In this document: in pieces, positions 51,434 to 64,000 of the stretch
Layout of the letters: every line of letters begins with the position of its first letter
Numbering within the stretch: the stretch's first letter is position 1
From: an uncultured Candidatus Rokubacteria bacterium
Lineage (GTDB): Bacteria > Methylomirabilota > Methylomirabilia > Rokubacteriales > CSP1-6
Assembly: GCA_963789955.1 (NCBI GenBank)
Contig: CAWBMV010000034.1
Coordinates: 736,001 to 800,000 of the forward strand
DNA length: 64,000 nucleotides
Direction of reading: 5' to 3'
Program-made: the position numbers and the translations under genes
The notes under the pieces: generated by a model
Told to the model about the DNA's origin: nothing
The model's database searches: none
What the model saw: only the letters and a program-made list of their open reading frames with translations

Positions 51434-52807
51434 TTGGCTCTGCGCGAGCACCTGGAGCGCACTCTTCGCCGCCACGCGATGCTCGCGGGCGGCGAAACCG
51501 TTTTAGTCGCGGTGTCGGGCGGCGCCGACTCCGTCGCGTTGCTTCACCTCTTGCTCGACCTGGCCCCGGCGTGGCGGCTCCGACTCCACGCGCTTCACGT
51601 CGATCATCGATTGCGCGCCGAGTCGGCGGCCGACGCCGGCTTCGTCAAGGCTCTCGGGGCGAGACTCGGCGTGCCGGTCGAGGTCGCGACGGTCGAGGTG
51701 GATCGACGAGGCTCGCTCGAAGCGTCGGCGCGGGCGGCGCGGTACGCGGCACTCGAGGCGTGCGCCGCACGAGTCGGCGCAACGCGTATCGCGGTCGGCC
51801 ACACCGCCGACGATCAGGCCGAGACGGTCCTCATGCGGCTCGTGCAAGGCGCGGGCGTGCGCGGCCTGGCCGGTATCCCCCCCGTGCGCGGACCGATCAT
51901 TCGCCCGCTCATCGAGGTTCGCCGCTCGGCGCTCGAGGCGGAGCTTCGGCGCGCCGGGCTCTCGTGGGTCGACGACGAGACGAACCGCGATCCGAAGTTC
52001 CTGCGTAATCGGATCCGCCACGAGCTGCTGCCGCTTCTGGCCGATTCGTACAACCCCGAAGTCGCGGCGGCACTCGCGCGCCTGGCGTCCGTGGCGCGTG
52101 AGACGGTGAGCGCGCTCGATCAGACCGCCGGCGCCGAGCTCGATCGGCTCGCGATCTGGAGCGACCGCGCCGTGACCGTGCGCCTCGAAGCGCTGCGCGC
52201 CGTGCCGCGTCCGGTCGCCGCGGAGGTCCTGCGGCAGGCCGCGGCGCGGCTGGGCAGTCGCGCGCCGCTGAGAGCATGGGCGCATCGAGGGCTCAAGCGA
52301 GTCCTCGCGGTCCCGGCACCGCGCCGGCCGTTCAGGCTGGGCGGAGTGACCGTCGAAGTCAGCGGTGTGCTCGCGCGTCTGGCGACGACGCCGCCGGCCG
52401 CCTTGGTCGAGCGGCCGGTCATCGTGCCCGGACGCACCGAGCTTCCCGAGATCGGCCAGGCACTCGAGGCGCGGCTCGTGGGCGCCGACGCCTACGCGAT
52501 CCCCCGCGAGCCGAGCCGCGTGGCGTTCGACGCCGACGATCTCGCGACGCCGCTCGTCGTCCGTGCCCGGAGGCGCGGCGAGCGGTTCATCGCCTTCGGC
52601 GGATCCGAGCGCCGGCTCAAGTCGCTCCTGATCGAGGCGAAGGTGCCGCGCTGGGACCGCGCCCGGGTGCCGGTGATCGAGGCCGGCGGTACGATCGTCT
52701 GGGTCGGTCACCTGCGCCGGGGCGCCGCCGGCCGCGTGACCGCGCGGACCCGGCGTGTGCTCGAGCTGGCACTGGTCCCTCTGGCGCAGCCCGACCGCCC
52801 CCAGTAG
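51434..52807 (+). CDS. tilS: tRNA(Ile)-lysidine synthase
   Basis: VSGGADS, GHTADDQAETVL, IRPL, RNRIRHELLP. Confidence 0.93.
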   Translation: MALREHLERTLRRHAMLAGGETVLVAVSGGADSVALLHLLLDLAPAWRLRLHALHVDHRLRAESAADAGFVKALGARLGVPVEVATVEVDRRGSLEASARAARYAALEACAARVGATRIAVGHTADDQAETVLMRLVQGAGVRGLAGIPPVRGPIIRPLIEVRRSALEAELRRAGLSWVDDETNRDPKFLRNRIRHELLPLLADSYNPEVAAALARLASVARETVSALDQTAGAELDRLAIWSDRAVTVRLEALRAVPRPVAAEVLRQAAARLGSRAPLRAWAHRGLKRVLAVPAPRRPFRLGGVTVEVSGVLARLATTPPAALVERPVIVPGRTELPEIGQALEARLVGADAYAIPREPSRVAFDADDLATPLVVRARRRGERFIAFGGSERRLKSLLIEAKVPRWDRARVPVIEAGGTIVWVGHLRRGAAGRVTARTRRVLELALVPLAQPDRPQ

Positions 52808-52827
52808 AGTAGGAGGCCGAACCGCCG

Positions 52828-54280
52828 ATGAATCGACTCGTCGCGCTGATCTTCGCCGTGCTCTTCGCACCACCCCGGTGTGGGCTCAGCAGCGTCCGCC
52901 CGCCGCCGAGACGCGCCCGGCCCCGAAGACCGATCCGCGCGCCGTCCTGCGCGCCATGGAAGACGCGTTCAGCGCCGTCGCGGATCGCGTCACACCGGCC
53001 GTCGTGCACGTCAGCACGGTCCAGAAGAAGAGCCCGGGCGGCGGCGGTGAGGAGGCGCCGGAGCGATTCCGCGAGTTCTTCGGCGACGAATTCTACGAGC
53101 GCTATTTCCGCCGGCGCCCGCGCGAGGACACGCGCGCCACCGGCTCGGGTGTCCTGGTGGATCCGAAGGGATACATCTTGACGAACAACCACGTGATCGA
53201 GAACGCTCAGGACATCATCGTGCGCCTCTCCGATCAGCGGAAGTTCACCGCCAAGCTCGTCGGACGCGATCCCAAGAGCGACATCGCCGTGCTCAAGGTC
53301 GACGCCCCGCGCCCGCTGCCGGCCGCCGAGCTCGGCGACTCCGACCACCTGCGCGTCGGCCAGTGGGCGATCGCCATCGGCAATCCGTTCGGCCTCGACC
53401 GCACGGTGACCGTCGGGATCATCTCGGCCACCGCGCGCACGCGGGTCGGGGTCACGCAGTACGACAACTTCATCCAGACCGACGCCTCGATCAACCCCGG
53501 CAACTCGGGCGGTCCGCTCCTGAACATCGACGGCAAGGTGATCGGGATCAACACGGCCATCGTGGCCGCCGGTCAGGGCATCGGGTTCTCGATTCCGATC
53601 AACCAGGCGCGCGACGTGATGCAGCAGCTCATCACGCGCGGCAAGGTGGTGCGCGGCTGGCTCGGCATCGTCATCCAGGACGTGACCGATCAGCTCGCGG
53701 GCAGCTTCGGCGTCAAGGAGCGCGAAGGCGTCCTCGTGGCCGAGGTCATGAAGGGGAGCCCGGCCGAGACCGCGGGCCTGAAAGCCGGCGACGTCGTCGT
53801 GGAGCTGAGCGGCACGCCGATCAAGGAGGTCCCCGACCTCCAGCGGAAGATCGCGGCCATCCGTCCGGGGCAGACGATGAAGCTCGTCGTGATCCGCGAC
53901 AAGAAGCCGGTGCCGGTCACGGTGAAGATCGGTGAGATGCCGGCGGACGAGCCGGTCGTCGCCGAGGCGCCCGGCAACGACGAGTGGGGGCTCAGCGTGG
54001 AGGCGCTCACCGGCGACGCCGCGCTTCGCCTGGATCTGCCCGTCTCGCGCGGGCTCTTCGTCACCGAGGTGCAGCCGGGAAGCCCGGCCGAGAAGGCCGG
54101 CATCCGTCGTGGTGACGTGATCCTCGAAATTTCACGCCGACCGGCCGACGAGCCGGCCACGCTCTTCAAGGCGCTCTCCGCGCTCAAGCCGGGCGAGACG
54201 ATCCTGATCTACGTGCACCGCGCCGGCGGCAGCGGCGGCGGGGCGAATCAATACCTCACGATGGAACGTTCCCGCCAGCG

Positions 54281-54284
<4 letters not shown>
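52828..54284 (+). CDS. degP: Do/DegP family serine endoprotease with two PDZ domains (frameshift in signal region)
   Basis: LTNNHV, DIAV, INPGNSGGPL, two PDZ domains. Confidence 0.85.
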
Positions 54285-55723
<1,439 letters not shown>

Positions 55724-55736
55724 CGGAGGCGTCGAG

Positions 55737-57086
55737 ATGACCGAAGACACCGCGATCGAGACCCAGGCCACCGAGCTGCTCCGCACCCTGATCCGGAACG
55801 GGTGCGTCAATACCGGCGAGGCCTCCTCCGGCCACGAAGAGCGCAGCGTGGCCGCGCTGGAGGACTTCTTCGCCGGCACCGGGCTCTCCTGCGAGCGCTA
55901 CACCTCGGAGCCGGGCCGGATGAGCCTGATCACGCGGATCGAGGGTCGCGATCCCAAAGCGCCGACCTTGCTGCTGATGGGCCACACCGACGTGGTGCCG
56001 GTCAGCCTGTCGGGCTGGCAGCGTGATCCGTTCGCGGCCGAGCTGGTCGACGGCATCGTGTGGGGCCGCGGCGCCATCGACATGCTGAACCTGACGTCCA
56101 CGATGGCCGTGGCCACGTATCGGCTCGCCAAGAGCGGCTGGCGCCCGCGCGGCACGCTCATCTATCTGGCCGTCGCCGACGAGGAGGCGGGCGGCTTTCT
56201 CGGCGCCGGCCACCTGGTCGAGCATCACGCGGACGCCGTGAAGTGCGACTACGTCATCACCGAGAGCGGCGGCGTGCCGATCCCGACCAAGGCCGGCCAC
56301 ACGTTGAAGGTGACGGTCGGCGAGAAGGGCGGCAACTGGCGCCGCCTGATCGTCCACGGCACGCCCGGCCACGGCTCGCGGCCGTTCAAGACCGACAACG
56401 CCCTCGTGACCGCCGCCAAGGTCGTGCAGCGGCTCGCCGAGTATCGGCCGAAGGCGCGCATCCTCGACGCCTGGCGTGGCTACGTGCAGTCGCTCACGCT
56501 CGAGCCCGGTCTGACGGAGGCGCTCACCGATCCCGACCGCGTGTACGAGGCCGTGTGCGATCTCGACAACCTCGCGCTGGCCCGCGAGGCGCACGCGTGC
56601 ACCCACACGACGTTCTCGCCGAACATCGCGCACGGCGGCACGAAGGTGAACGTGATCCCCGATCGCGTCGACATCGACGTCGACATCCGCTCGCTGCCCG
56701 GCGTCGAGCAGCACGAAGTCGAGGCGATGATCAAGGAAGCGCTCGGCCCGCTCGCGTCCAAGGTGACGATCGAGACGCCGTCGGACCGTCGGCGCGGCGG
56801 CAGCGTGTCGCCGACCGACACGCCGCTGATCGCGGCGATCCGCCGCGTGAGCAAGCGGATGATGCCGGACAGCACGGTGGTCCCGGCGATCACCACCGGC
56901 GGCACCGACGCGAAGTTCTTCCGCTGGAAGGGCATCCCGGCGTACGGCTTCGGCCTGCACTCGCTGCGCATCCCGTACACCGAGTACCCGGTGATGTTCC
57001 ACGGCCACAACGAACGCGTGGACACCGAGAGCTTGAAGCTCTCCGCGATGATGTGGGAAACGCTCTGCCGAGAATTTCTCGGCTGA
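55737..57086 (+). CDS. M20/M25/M40 family metallo-hydrolase
   Basis: GHTDVVP, GRGAIDM, DEEAGG, GGTD, HGHNER. Confidence 0.9.
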   Translation: MTEDTAIETQATELLRTLIRNGCVNTGEASSGHEERSVAALEDFFAGTGLSCERYTSEPGRMSLITRIEGRDPKAPTLLLMGHTDVVPVSLSGWQRDPFAAELVDGIVWGRGAIDMLNLTSTMAVATYRLAKSGWRPRGTLIYLAVADEEAGGFLGAGHLVEHHADAVKCDYVITESGGVPIPTKAGHTLKVTVGEKGGNWRRLIVHGTPGHGSRPFKTDNALVTAAKVVQRLAEYRPKARILDAWRGYVQSLTLEPGLTEALTDPDRVYEAVCDLDNLALAREAHACTHTTFSPNIAHGGTKVNVIPDRVDIDVDIRSLPGVEQHEVEAMIKEALGPLASKVTIETPSDRRRGGSVSPTDTPLIAAIRRVSKRMMPDSTVVPAITTGGTDAKFFRWKGIPAYGFGLHSLRIPYTEYPVMFHGHNERVDTESLKLSAMMWETLCREFLG

Positions 57087-57095
57087 GAGAGCTGA

Positions 57096-57563
57096 TCGAA
57101 CACCTTCAACGCCGGCACGACGGGCTACGTAGAGACGAGTGACGCCAACGGTAGCGCGGGGGCCGACGCCGTCCGCCTCGTACCCGCGACTGCGCAGTCG
57201 TCGTCGGCTCCGTCGCCGCCCTCGGGCTCGCCGGCCGCCGGCGACTTCACGACCACCGGCCTCGTCGCCGGACAGGTCGTCACGACGCCGATCCGCGTCC
57301 AGAATTTCCCGGCCGTCGGGACCGGCCAGGTGTTCAACAACTTCGCCTACGCGATCCTCAACAGCGCGGGCGCGACCGTCTTCACCAACCAGGAATTTGG
57401 CCAGCCCTACTGCTTGGCCGGAGACGATGGCACCGCGTGCTTCTTCTGGGACCCCGCGTCGATTGCCGTCGGCGCCTACACCGTTCGCATCACGATGACC
57501 TACGTCGAGGGCGGCGCTAACAAGACCGTCGTCAAGACGATCGCCTTTTCGGTGGCGCGCTGA
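57096..57563 (+). pseudogene. 5'-truncated remnant of an extracellular protein (tail of a golvesin-like domain, S/P linker, beta-rich domain)
   Basis: Open frame without start or RBS: TFNAGTTGYVETSDANGSAGADAVRLVP...KTIAFSVAR. Confidence 0.5.
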
Positions 57564-57615
57564 TGCGCGAGATCGGCGCCCTCGGCTCAGGTTTCTCGCG
57601 AGAGGAGAGGACACG

Positions 57616-58503
57616 ATGAACGTACGCCGAAAGGGGATCTTGGCAACGCTGGTCGTTGCCTTGCTCTTCGCCGGGACCCACACGACACAAGCCGCCGCGG
57701 CGTCGTTCGGCCTGGAGTGGCCGGGCGACGGAGCCGTGCGTCGCATGCTCTTCTGGCACAACCCGTTTCCGATCTACGACGCGACGTACGTCTTCAAGGT
57801 GTTTCCGCGGATGAAGACCGTGCCGACGAATTCACCGACCGGCTACTACACGACGTTCTTCTGGGGCAACGACGGCACCTTCGTGTGGGACGGCGGCAGC
57901 GCCAACACGTACTACGGCGCGCATCCGTATCCGGTTCCCGCGCCGAACGGCGCCGGGCAATGGGAGATCTCGGTCTACGCCAACGACTATGTGACCGGAT
58001 CCGAGGTGCAGTGGGGCCGCTGGTACACTCAGGTGTTCCGCGCCTGGCGTGAATCGGCGACGACGACTCGCCACGAGTTCTACTGGGACTGGCCGGACAC
58101 GACCAAGGTCATCACGCACACCATCACCGATCCGGGCTGGGCGGATCGCAATCCACCGACCCCCGCGATCGTCGTGGGTCAGGCGCCGGACTTCAACGGA
58201 GCGTCGTGGGGCGGCTACCCGGGGTGGGAGGAGTTCAACGGTATCATCCGCGGCATCCAGATCTACTCCGGGCTGCTGTCACTTTCCGACATCCAGAGCG
58301 AGATCAGCGCACCACAATCCAGCGCGGCCGGGCAGAGTCTCATCTGGTATCTCAATCTCAATCCGCGCCCCAGCGACGTGACCGACAAGAAGACGACGGG
58401 CGCCCCGCACAATCCGGCGTGGGCCGGGACGACCGCCAAGGAGTGGAGCGACTCCGCCGACACGATCGCGCCGTCGGCGCCGAGCAACGTGCGGATGCAG
58501 TGA
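57616..58503 (+). CDS. Secreted beta-rich protein (LamG/ConA-like), ending in an FN3-type linker
   Basis: Strong RBS, signal peptide, FNGIIRGIQIYS..LS..I motif, C-terminal DTIAPSAPSNVRMQ. Confidence 0.65.
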   Translation: MNVRRKGILATLVVALLFAGTHTTQAAAASFGLEWPGDGAVRRMLFWHNPFPIYDATYVFKVFPRMKTVPTNSPTGYYTTFFWGNDGTFVWDGGSANTYYGAHPYPVPAPNGAGQWEISVYANDYVTGSEVQWGRWYTQVFRAWRESATTTRHEFYWDWPDTTKVITHTITDPGWADRNPPTPAIVVGQAPDFNGASWGGYPGWEEFNGIIRGIQIYSGLLSLSDIQSEISAPQSSAAGQSLIWYLNLNPRPSDVTDKKTTGAPHNPAWAGTTAKEWSDSADTIAPSAPSNVRMQ

Positions 58504-58505
58504 GG

Positions 58506-58529
58506 CGAGGGGGCGGGAGCCCCCCCTCC
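58506..58529. terminator. GC hairpin between convergent genes
   Basis: GAGGGGGC...CCCCCCTC. Confidence 0.45.
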
Positions 58530-59111
58530 TTACCAGGTGAAGAGGTTCGAGAAGAAGTCCTTCACGCGCTGGGTGAAGGACGGATCACTCTTCGCGGGCG
58601 CGGTCTGAGTCTCGGACACCATCCCGGGCTCCAGGGTCGCCGAGGCCTTCGAGGGGCCGGCGGCTTTCGGCTCGTCCACGCCGGTCGCGAGCGACGCGGG
58701 CGGCGTGTCGCTCCCCGTCTGGACGGGAGCCGGCTGCGTGATCTGGGACGCGCTGATCGCGAGGTAGGTGTACCAGAGGCCCTCGTAGACGTGGACCTCG
58801 AGCGCGTTGCCGTCCTTCTCGAAGACTTGCCGCCATCCATCCTGCCCCGTGGTCGTCCGCGACACCGGACGCCAGCCGCTGGCCTCGACCCGCGTGCGCA
58901 TCGCCTCGCCGAGCGTCACCGGCTCCAGGCGGCCGCGATAGACGAGCTGCGCCGCCTTGACGGTGGGCGACTCGATCACGATCGAATCCTGCGGCTGGTA
59001 GACGAGCCCCGCGGGCAAGTTGATGTCGTCGAACTGGCGGCGCGCCGCCGTCGTGGCGCATCCGGCGGCAAAGAGCATGATCACGGCGGTCGCGAAGATT
59101 TTTGTTTTCAT
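58530..59111 (-). CDS. Lipoprotein of unknown function
   Basis: Lipobox AAGC; FDDINLPAGL. Confidence 0.7.
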   Translation of the reverse strand: MKTKIFATAVIMLFAAGCATTAARRQFDDINLPAGLVYQPQDSIVIESPTVKAAQLVYRGRLEPVTLGEAMRTRVEASGWRPVSRTTTGQDGWRQVFEKDGNALEVHVYEGLWYTYLAISASQITQPAPVQTGSDTPPASLATGVDEPKAAGPSKASATLEPGMVSETQTAPAKSDPSFTQRVKDFFSNLFTW

Positions 59112-59172
59112 GCGCGCAGCCTAGCAAACGCCTCCCGGAGGGACCAAGAAATTTGACGCGTGTGACGCGCGA

Positions 59173-60169
59173 CTACGCACTCAGCAGCGCGTACACCACC
59201 CGCCACAACTGGAACAGGTCGCGGACGTCTCGCCAGCCCGGGCCGCTGGCGGCCTCGACGTGCCCGACCAGCCCGACCAGCACGAGGGTGGTCCGATCGG
59301 GTCGCGCCGCCGCCAGCCGCAGGCTCTCCGTATAGGGCACCGCGTAGTCGGCGCGGCCGTGAACCAGAATGAGGCGTGCGCGGATCGCCGAGGCGACCCG
59401 CAGCGGCGACAGGGTGTCGAGGTACCTCTGGAGGTCCGGCGGCGGCGCGTCGAGCAGTCGAGCCGCGGCCTCCCGATCGGCGGCCTCGAGGATCGCGCGC
59501 GACGCCGGGTCGAGACGGTCGGCGTTGGCGCGCACGAACATGCGCACGAGCTTCGGATCGTGGTCGACCCGGCCGCGAACGTTTTCGTAGGCGTACGCCC
59601 CGGTGAGCCAGAACCGCAGGACTTCGGCCGCGGACGCGTAGCCCCCGAGGCTCAGCACCACGCTCACCCGCTCGCGGCTGCGCGGGTCGGCGGCCGCCAG
59701 GAGCGCCGGGCCGGCGCCGACGCTCGCTCCGATGAGGACCGCCTTCCCATCACGCGCGGCGAGGGCGGCAATCACCGGCTCGACGTCCTCGGGTCCGAGC
59801 CGTCCGGCCGGTGAGCCCGGGGATCGTCGGCACCGCGACGTCGAAGCCGGCCCGCGCCAGGAGCCCCGCGACGTCCTGGACACGAGGGTCGTCCTTGCCC
59901 TCAGGCGCGAACCCGTGAACGAGCACCAGCGGCCGGCCGGCGCCGAGCCCTCGGTGGACATAGAGATCGGCGCCCGCGCCGGGGAGCGGGATCGGCCGGC
60001 GGATGGGCTGATCGGTCAGCGCGGACAGTACGGGGGGGCGCCCACGGGTCAGGAACTCGATCAGAAACGCCCCGGCGAACAGCGCCGTCCGCCCGGCAGA
60101 GACGACAGGCGCGACGACGACGAGAGCGAGGACGAGGGCGGTGAGGCGGGCTACTTCCGGTTGATGCAC
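59173..60169 (-). CDS. Alpha/beta-hydrolase fold protein (frameshift near 59810; start uncertain)
   Basis: LVLVHG, GASVGAG nucleophile elbow, LVHGRADYAVP, GHVE. Confidence 0.75.
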
Positions 60170-60780
60170 TTCACGAGGCGCCACCCCTTGAACATGTTCA
60201 CGTGGGTGATCGACTCGGGGACCAGCCCGACCTGCTCGAGCAACGGCTCCATCATGAGGTTCGACTTCCAGCCCAGCCGCGTGCACACCGGCGCCAGCAG
60301 ATCCTCGACCGTGCCGGTGACTCGGCGCTGGCTCCTGAAGTGGTTCAGGATCACGATGATGCCGCCCGGCTTCACCACCCTGCGCATCTCGCGCAGCACG
60401 GCAACCGGATCAGGGACCGCCGAGATCGTGTAGGTCGCCGCCGCCTTGTCGAATTCGTTCTCGCCGAAGTCCATCGACGTGGCGTCCATGACCTTGAGAA
60501 CCACGTTGGGCATGGCCAGGGTCTGCACGCGCTCGACAGCCTTGTCGAGCATCTCCTGAGAAAGATCGATCCCCGTGAGGTGGCAGGACCACGGGTAGAG
60601 CGGGAGGTTCAAGCCGGTGCCGATACCGACCTCGAGGACAGAATCGTCACGCCGAAGATCGAGGCCGCCGATCGCGGCCGCGCGGCCCGGAGCGAAGATC
60701 CAGTCGAAGATGAAATCGTACACCGGAGCTAACAGCTCGTAAGCACGCTCAACCTGCCGCTTTTCTAACGCTACGTCCAC
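60151..60780 (-). CDS. SAM-dependent methyltransferase, PmtA-like phospholipid N-methyltransferase
   Basis: APVYD, VLEVGIGTGL, EMRRVVKPGG..ILNHF. Confidence 0.75.
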   Translation of the reverse strand: MDVALEKRQVERAYELLAPVYDFIFDWIFAPGRAAAIGGLDLRRDDSVLEVGIGTGLNLPLYPWSCHLTGIDLSQEMLDKAVERVQTLAMPNVVLKVMDATSMDFGENEFDKAAATYTISAVPDPVAVLREMRRVVKPGGIIVILNHFRSQRRVTGTVEDLLAPVCTRLGWKSNLMMEPLLEQVGLVPESITHVNMFKGWRLVKCINRK

Positions 60781-60893
60781 TCAGAGCCCTCCGGCAGTGT
60801 CGATTTGGGGGAGAGTCGGTCGAAGCCGAGAGCCGGGCGTATTCTAACCACGGCCGACCGGCGTTGCCAAGCTACTTTTCGCCTGACGACCCT

Positions 60894-62241
60894 TTAGAGG
60901 AGAAACCTGATCAACAAGGTCGCGAGCCCCAGAAACGAAAAGAATCCGAATACATCCGTGAAGGTCGTAATAATCACGCTCGACGCGATGGCCGGGTCGA
61001 CGCGAGAGGTTTTCAGCGCGATCGGAATCAAGGTGCCGACGACGGCGGCCACCAGCATGTTGGCGACGAGGGCGACCGCGAGGATCAACGAAAGGAGCAG
61101 CTGCCCCTTCCAGAGGTAGGCGATCACCGCGATCACCAGACCGTTGACGCCGCCGGTCGACAGCCCGAGCCACAGCTCCTTCCAGAGGACCCGTCGCAGC
61201 ACGCTGGCGCTCATGTCGCCGAGCGCGATCCCCCGGACCACGACGGTCGCGGTCTGGGTCGTGGCGATGCCACCCATCGAGGCGACGATCGGCATGAAGA
61301 CCGCCAGGGTCGCCAGGGTCTGAATCGAGGACTCAAAGAGCCCGATCACCGAGGCGGCCAGCACGGCGGTGCCCAGGTTGATCAGCCGCCAGAGGTTGCG
61401 CTTGACGAAGACCGCGCGGGGCGGGTCGAGCACCGTCTCGTCGCCGGCGACGCCGCCGAGGCGCTGGATGTCCTCGGTCGCCTCCTCGCGCATGACGTCG
61501 ATCACGCCGTCGACCCCGATCGTGCCGAGCAGGCGCCGGTTGACGTCCACCACGGGGATCTGGATCAGGTTGTAGTGCTGGACCAGGCGCGCGACCTCCT
61601 CCTGGTCCGTGTCCGCCCGCACGCTCTCGACCTCGTCGGTCCGGAGGGCGCGGATCGGCGTCGCCGCGTCGGCGGCGAGCAGGCGATGGAGCGGGACGAC
61701 GCCGACCAGATGATCGTGGTCGTCGACCACGTACAGGTAGAAGGGCCCCTCGCCGGACGCCGCCTTGCGGATGTGCTCGATCGCCTCGGCGACGGTCGTG
61801 TCCTCGCGGACCGCGACGAACTCGGACGACATGAGGCGCCCGGCCGTGCCCTCCCCATACTCGAGGAGCTCCTGAACCTCCTCGGACTTCTCTTCCTCCA
61901 TGAGCTCGAGGATGTCGTCCGCCCGCTTCTTCGGGTAGCTCCTCGACGACGTCGACGACCTGCTCGGGCGGCATCCGGTCGAGGACGCGCGAGACCTCGA
62001 CTTCGGGCAGCGAGCTGACCAGCTCACGCAGGGTGGGGTCGTCGAGCTCGGCGAGCACTTCGCCCGCGTGCTGCGGGCTCAAGAGGCGGAAGAGCCGTAC
62101 CTGATCGTCGTGCGGGAGCTCGCGGATCACGCGCGACACGTCGGCGGGGTGCGCGTCGTCGACGACGTCGGAGAGCCGCTCGTCCCGGCCTTCGACGAGC
62201 AGCAGCTTGATCGATTCCCTCAGCCGTTCGAGCTCTTCCAT
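60894..62241 (-). CDS. mgtE: Magnesium transporter MgtE (frameshift near 61935)
   Basis: HPAD, CBS pair (TAGRLM), PIVASMGG, DPAIAS..ITTFTDVFG. Confidence 0.92.
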
Positions 62242-62288
62242 GGGTGATGGGGGGGCGTGCCGCGGCACGACCTCACCTCGGAGTATGA

Positions 62289-62311
62289 CCTTGCCCGGAT
62301 GTCGGGCAAGG
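62289..62311. terminator. Hairpin between apgM and mgtE
   Basis: CCTTGCCCG-GATGT-CGGGCAAGG. Confidence 0.4.
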
Positions 62312-62338
62312 GAATTCGGGGGTCGACGGGAGCGCCCG

Positions 62339-63554
62339 TCAGGCTCCGAACTTCGTGAGTCGGAGCGCGTTCGCCATCACGAGCGGCATGAGGTGCTGGG
62401 AAGGGATGACCCCGAGGCTCCCGGCGCCGCAGGCGCGCTCCGTGAACGCGGTCACGCCGTCGGGGCCGCAGTAGCGGCCCCAGACCAGGACCGGAACCGG
62501 CTGCCATCCGTGCCCCGCCAGCACCGACGGCGTGGCGTGGTCGCCGGAGACGATCAAGACGTCGGGCTTGAGCGCGCGAATCTCCGGGATCGCCCGGTCG
62601 AGGCGCTCGAGGGCTCGAACCTTCGCGTCGAAGTCGCCGTCCTCGCCCGCCTTGTCCGTGTCCTTGTAGTGCAGGAAGAAGAAGTCGTGCGTGTCCCAGT
62701 GCTCGCGCAAGGTCGCCAGCTCGTCCTCGAAGGAGGTGCCGGTCTTCAGGACTTCCATGCCGACCAGCTTCGCGAGGCCGCGGTACATCGGATAGGCCGC
62801 GATCGCGGCGCTCCGGAGACCAAAGACCTCGGGAAACCGCGGGAGCTTGGGCAGCTGGTCGAAGCCGCGCAGCAGCACCATGTTCGCGGGCGCCGCGTCG
62901 GCGAGCAAACGCCGCGCCTCGGAGGCGAAGCGGTTCACGAGCGCGGCGGTGGCCTTCGCGCGCGGATTGAGCGCCTTCACGGCGAGCGGCGGCTTGCCGA
63001 GTGACTTGCGGGTCGCTCTCGGTCAGGCCCGCGGCCAGCCGGGCGCCGCCGCGGGCGCGCGCGCGGAGCACGAGGACGAATCGGTGCTCCTTCACCGACT
63101 CGACGAACACCTCGACGCCGGGCAGGCGGATCTTTCGCAGGCGCTCGGTGAGCCGCAGGTTGATCTCGGTCGCGAGCCGGCCCGCGCGCCGGTCGGTGAT
63201 GCGACCGGCGCTGTCGATCGTGCAGAAGTTCCCGCGCGCGGCGACGTCGCCCGCGCGCAGGTCGAACTCGATGCCGAGCGCTTCGAGCACGCCGCGCCCG
63301 ACCTGGTAGTGCAGCGGGTCGTAGCCGAAGAGTCCGAGGTGGCCGGGGCCGCTTCCCGGTGTGATCCCGGGCGCCACGTGTCGGATGAGGCCGCAGGCGG
63401 CCTCGGTGGCGAGCTGGGAGAGGTTGGGCAGGTGAGCCGTCTCGAGCTCCGAGCGTCCGGTCTCGGGCCGGGGGAGCCCGCCGAGGCCGTCCAGCGAGAC
63501 GAGGACGATCTTCGTCGTGTTTTGAACGACGAGCGGCGCGATGAGGTCGAGCAT
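62339..63554 (-). CDS. apgM: 2,3-bisphosphoglycerate-independent phosphoglycerate mutase, ApgM type (frameshift near 63000)
   Basis: LDGLG, PGSGPGHLGLFGYDP, YPMYRGLA, KDTDKAGEDG, GDHATP. Confidence 0.88.
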
Positions 63555-63567
63555 CGTCCTGGTCTCC

Positions 63568-64000
63568 TCACGCCTCCTTCACGGGGTTCTCGATCTGCCC
63601 GAGTCCGGTGATCTCGAGCCGGCACGTGTCGCCCGGCTGCAGGAAGACCGGCGGCTTGCGCGCGAAGCCCACGCCCGGCGGCGTGCCCGTCGCGATGAGA
63701 TCGCCCGGCGAGAGCGTCATCAGCCCCGAGAGGTAGCTCACGATGTAGCGCACGTCGAAGATGAACGTCTTGGTGTTGCCGCCCTGCATCTGCTTGCCGT
63801 TGACCCACAGCTTCAGCTCGAGCACGTGCGGATCGGGAATGTCCGCGCGATCGGCGATGTAGGGCCCGACCGGCGCGAAGGTCTCCGGGATCTTCCCGGC
63901 CATCCACTGGCTGCCGATGAACTGGAAGTCCCGCGCGCTCACGTCGTTGATGATCGTGTAGCCCCAGACGTGGTCGAGCGCCTTGTCCTTGCTGACGAAG
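63568..64000 (-). CDS. Fumarylacetoacetate hydrolase family protein (C-terminal part)
   Basis: NDVSARD, GK..TFAPVGP, TLSPGDLIATGTPPGVG. Confidence 0.9.
   Translation of the reverse strand, partial: FVSKDKALDHVWGYTIINDVSARDFQFIGSQWMAGKIPETFAPVGPYIADRADIPDPHVLELKLWVNGKQMQGGNTKTFIFDVRYIVSYLSGLMTLSPGDLIATGTPPGVGFARKPPVFLQPGDTCRLEITGLGQIENPVKEA

Noticed and set aside
62242..62338. Mg2+ (M-box) riboswitch upstream of mgtE
   Set aside because: The gap is under 100 bp and contains only a simple hairpin.

Overview
GC-rich bacterial window. Gene content and style suggest a Candidatus Rokubacteria/Methylomirabilota-like genome (inference only). Many genes are broken by single-base indels, most likely uncorrected long-read errors. 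Bases 1-25.6 kb form a phosphorus-starvation island: an alkaline phosphatase C-terminus with a DUF3299-like/ABC-FtsX module, phoD, a C-P lyase operon phnCEDGHIJKLM (no phnF/N/P, followed instead by an inositol-monophosphatase gene), a catalytically dead PhnC-like ATPase, a DnaA-box/NrdR-like low-GC segment, a PHP hydrolase, a GAK-type cassette (3 amphi-Trp proteins, PhoU-kinase fusion, RimK-like ATP-grasp, HprK-related kinase), and phoB-pstSCAB-phoU. Six 11-bp-periodic Pho-box-like arrays tie this island together, one of them inverted in front of the GAK cassette. The rest holds a UGSC selenoprotein (in-frame TGA plus SECIS-like hairpin) beside ligB/ligA-like genes, an Ltp2-like thiolase/DUF35/LLM operon, uvrA, a PerR-rubrerythrin-FeS-DUF3501 stress operon containing a long inverted repeat, tRNA-Met, a sugar ABC transporter, a GT4-queD-queD-folE-SDR cluster (candidate pterin-glycoside pathway), erpA/iscA, a moaD-moaE fusion, tilS, degP, an NtrC-type regulator, an M20 peptidase, secreted proteins, a pmtA-like methylase, mgtE and apgM. 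The best candidate for an undescribed system is the Pho-box-associated GAK/PHP cassette between the C-P lyase and pst operons.
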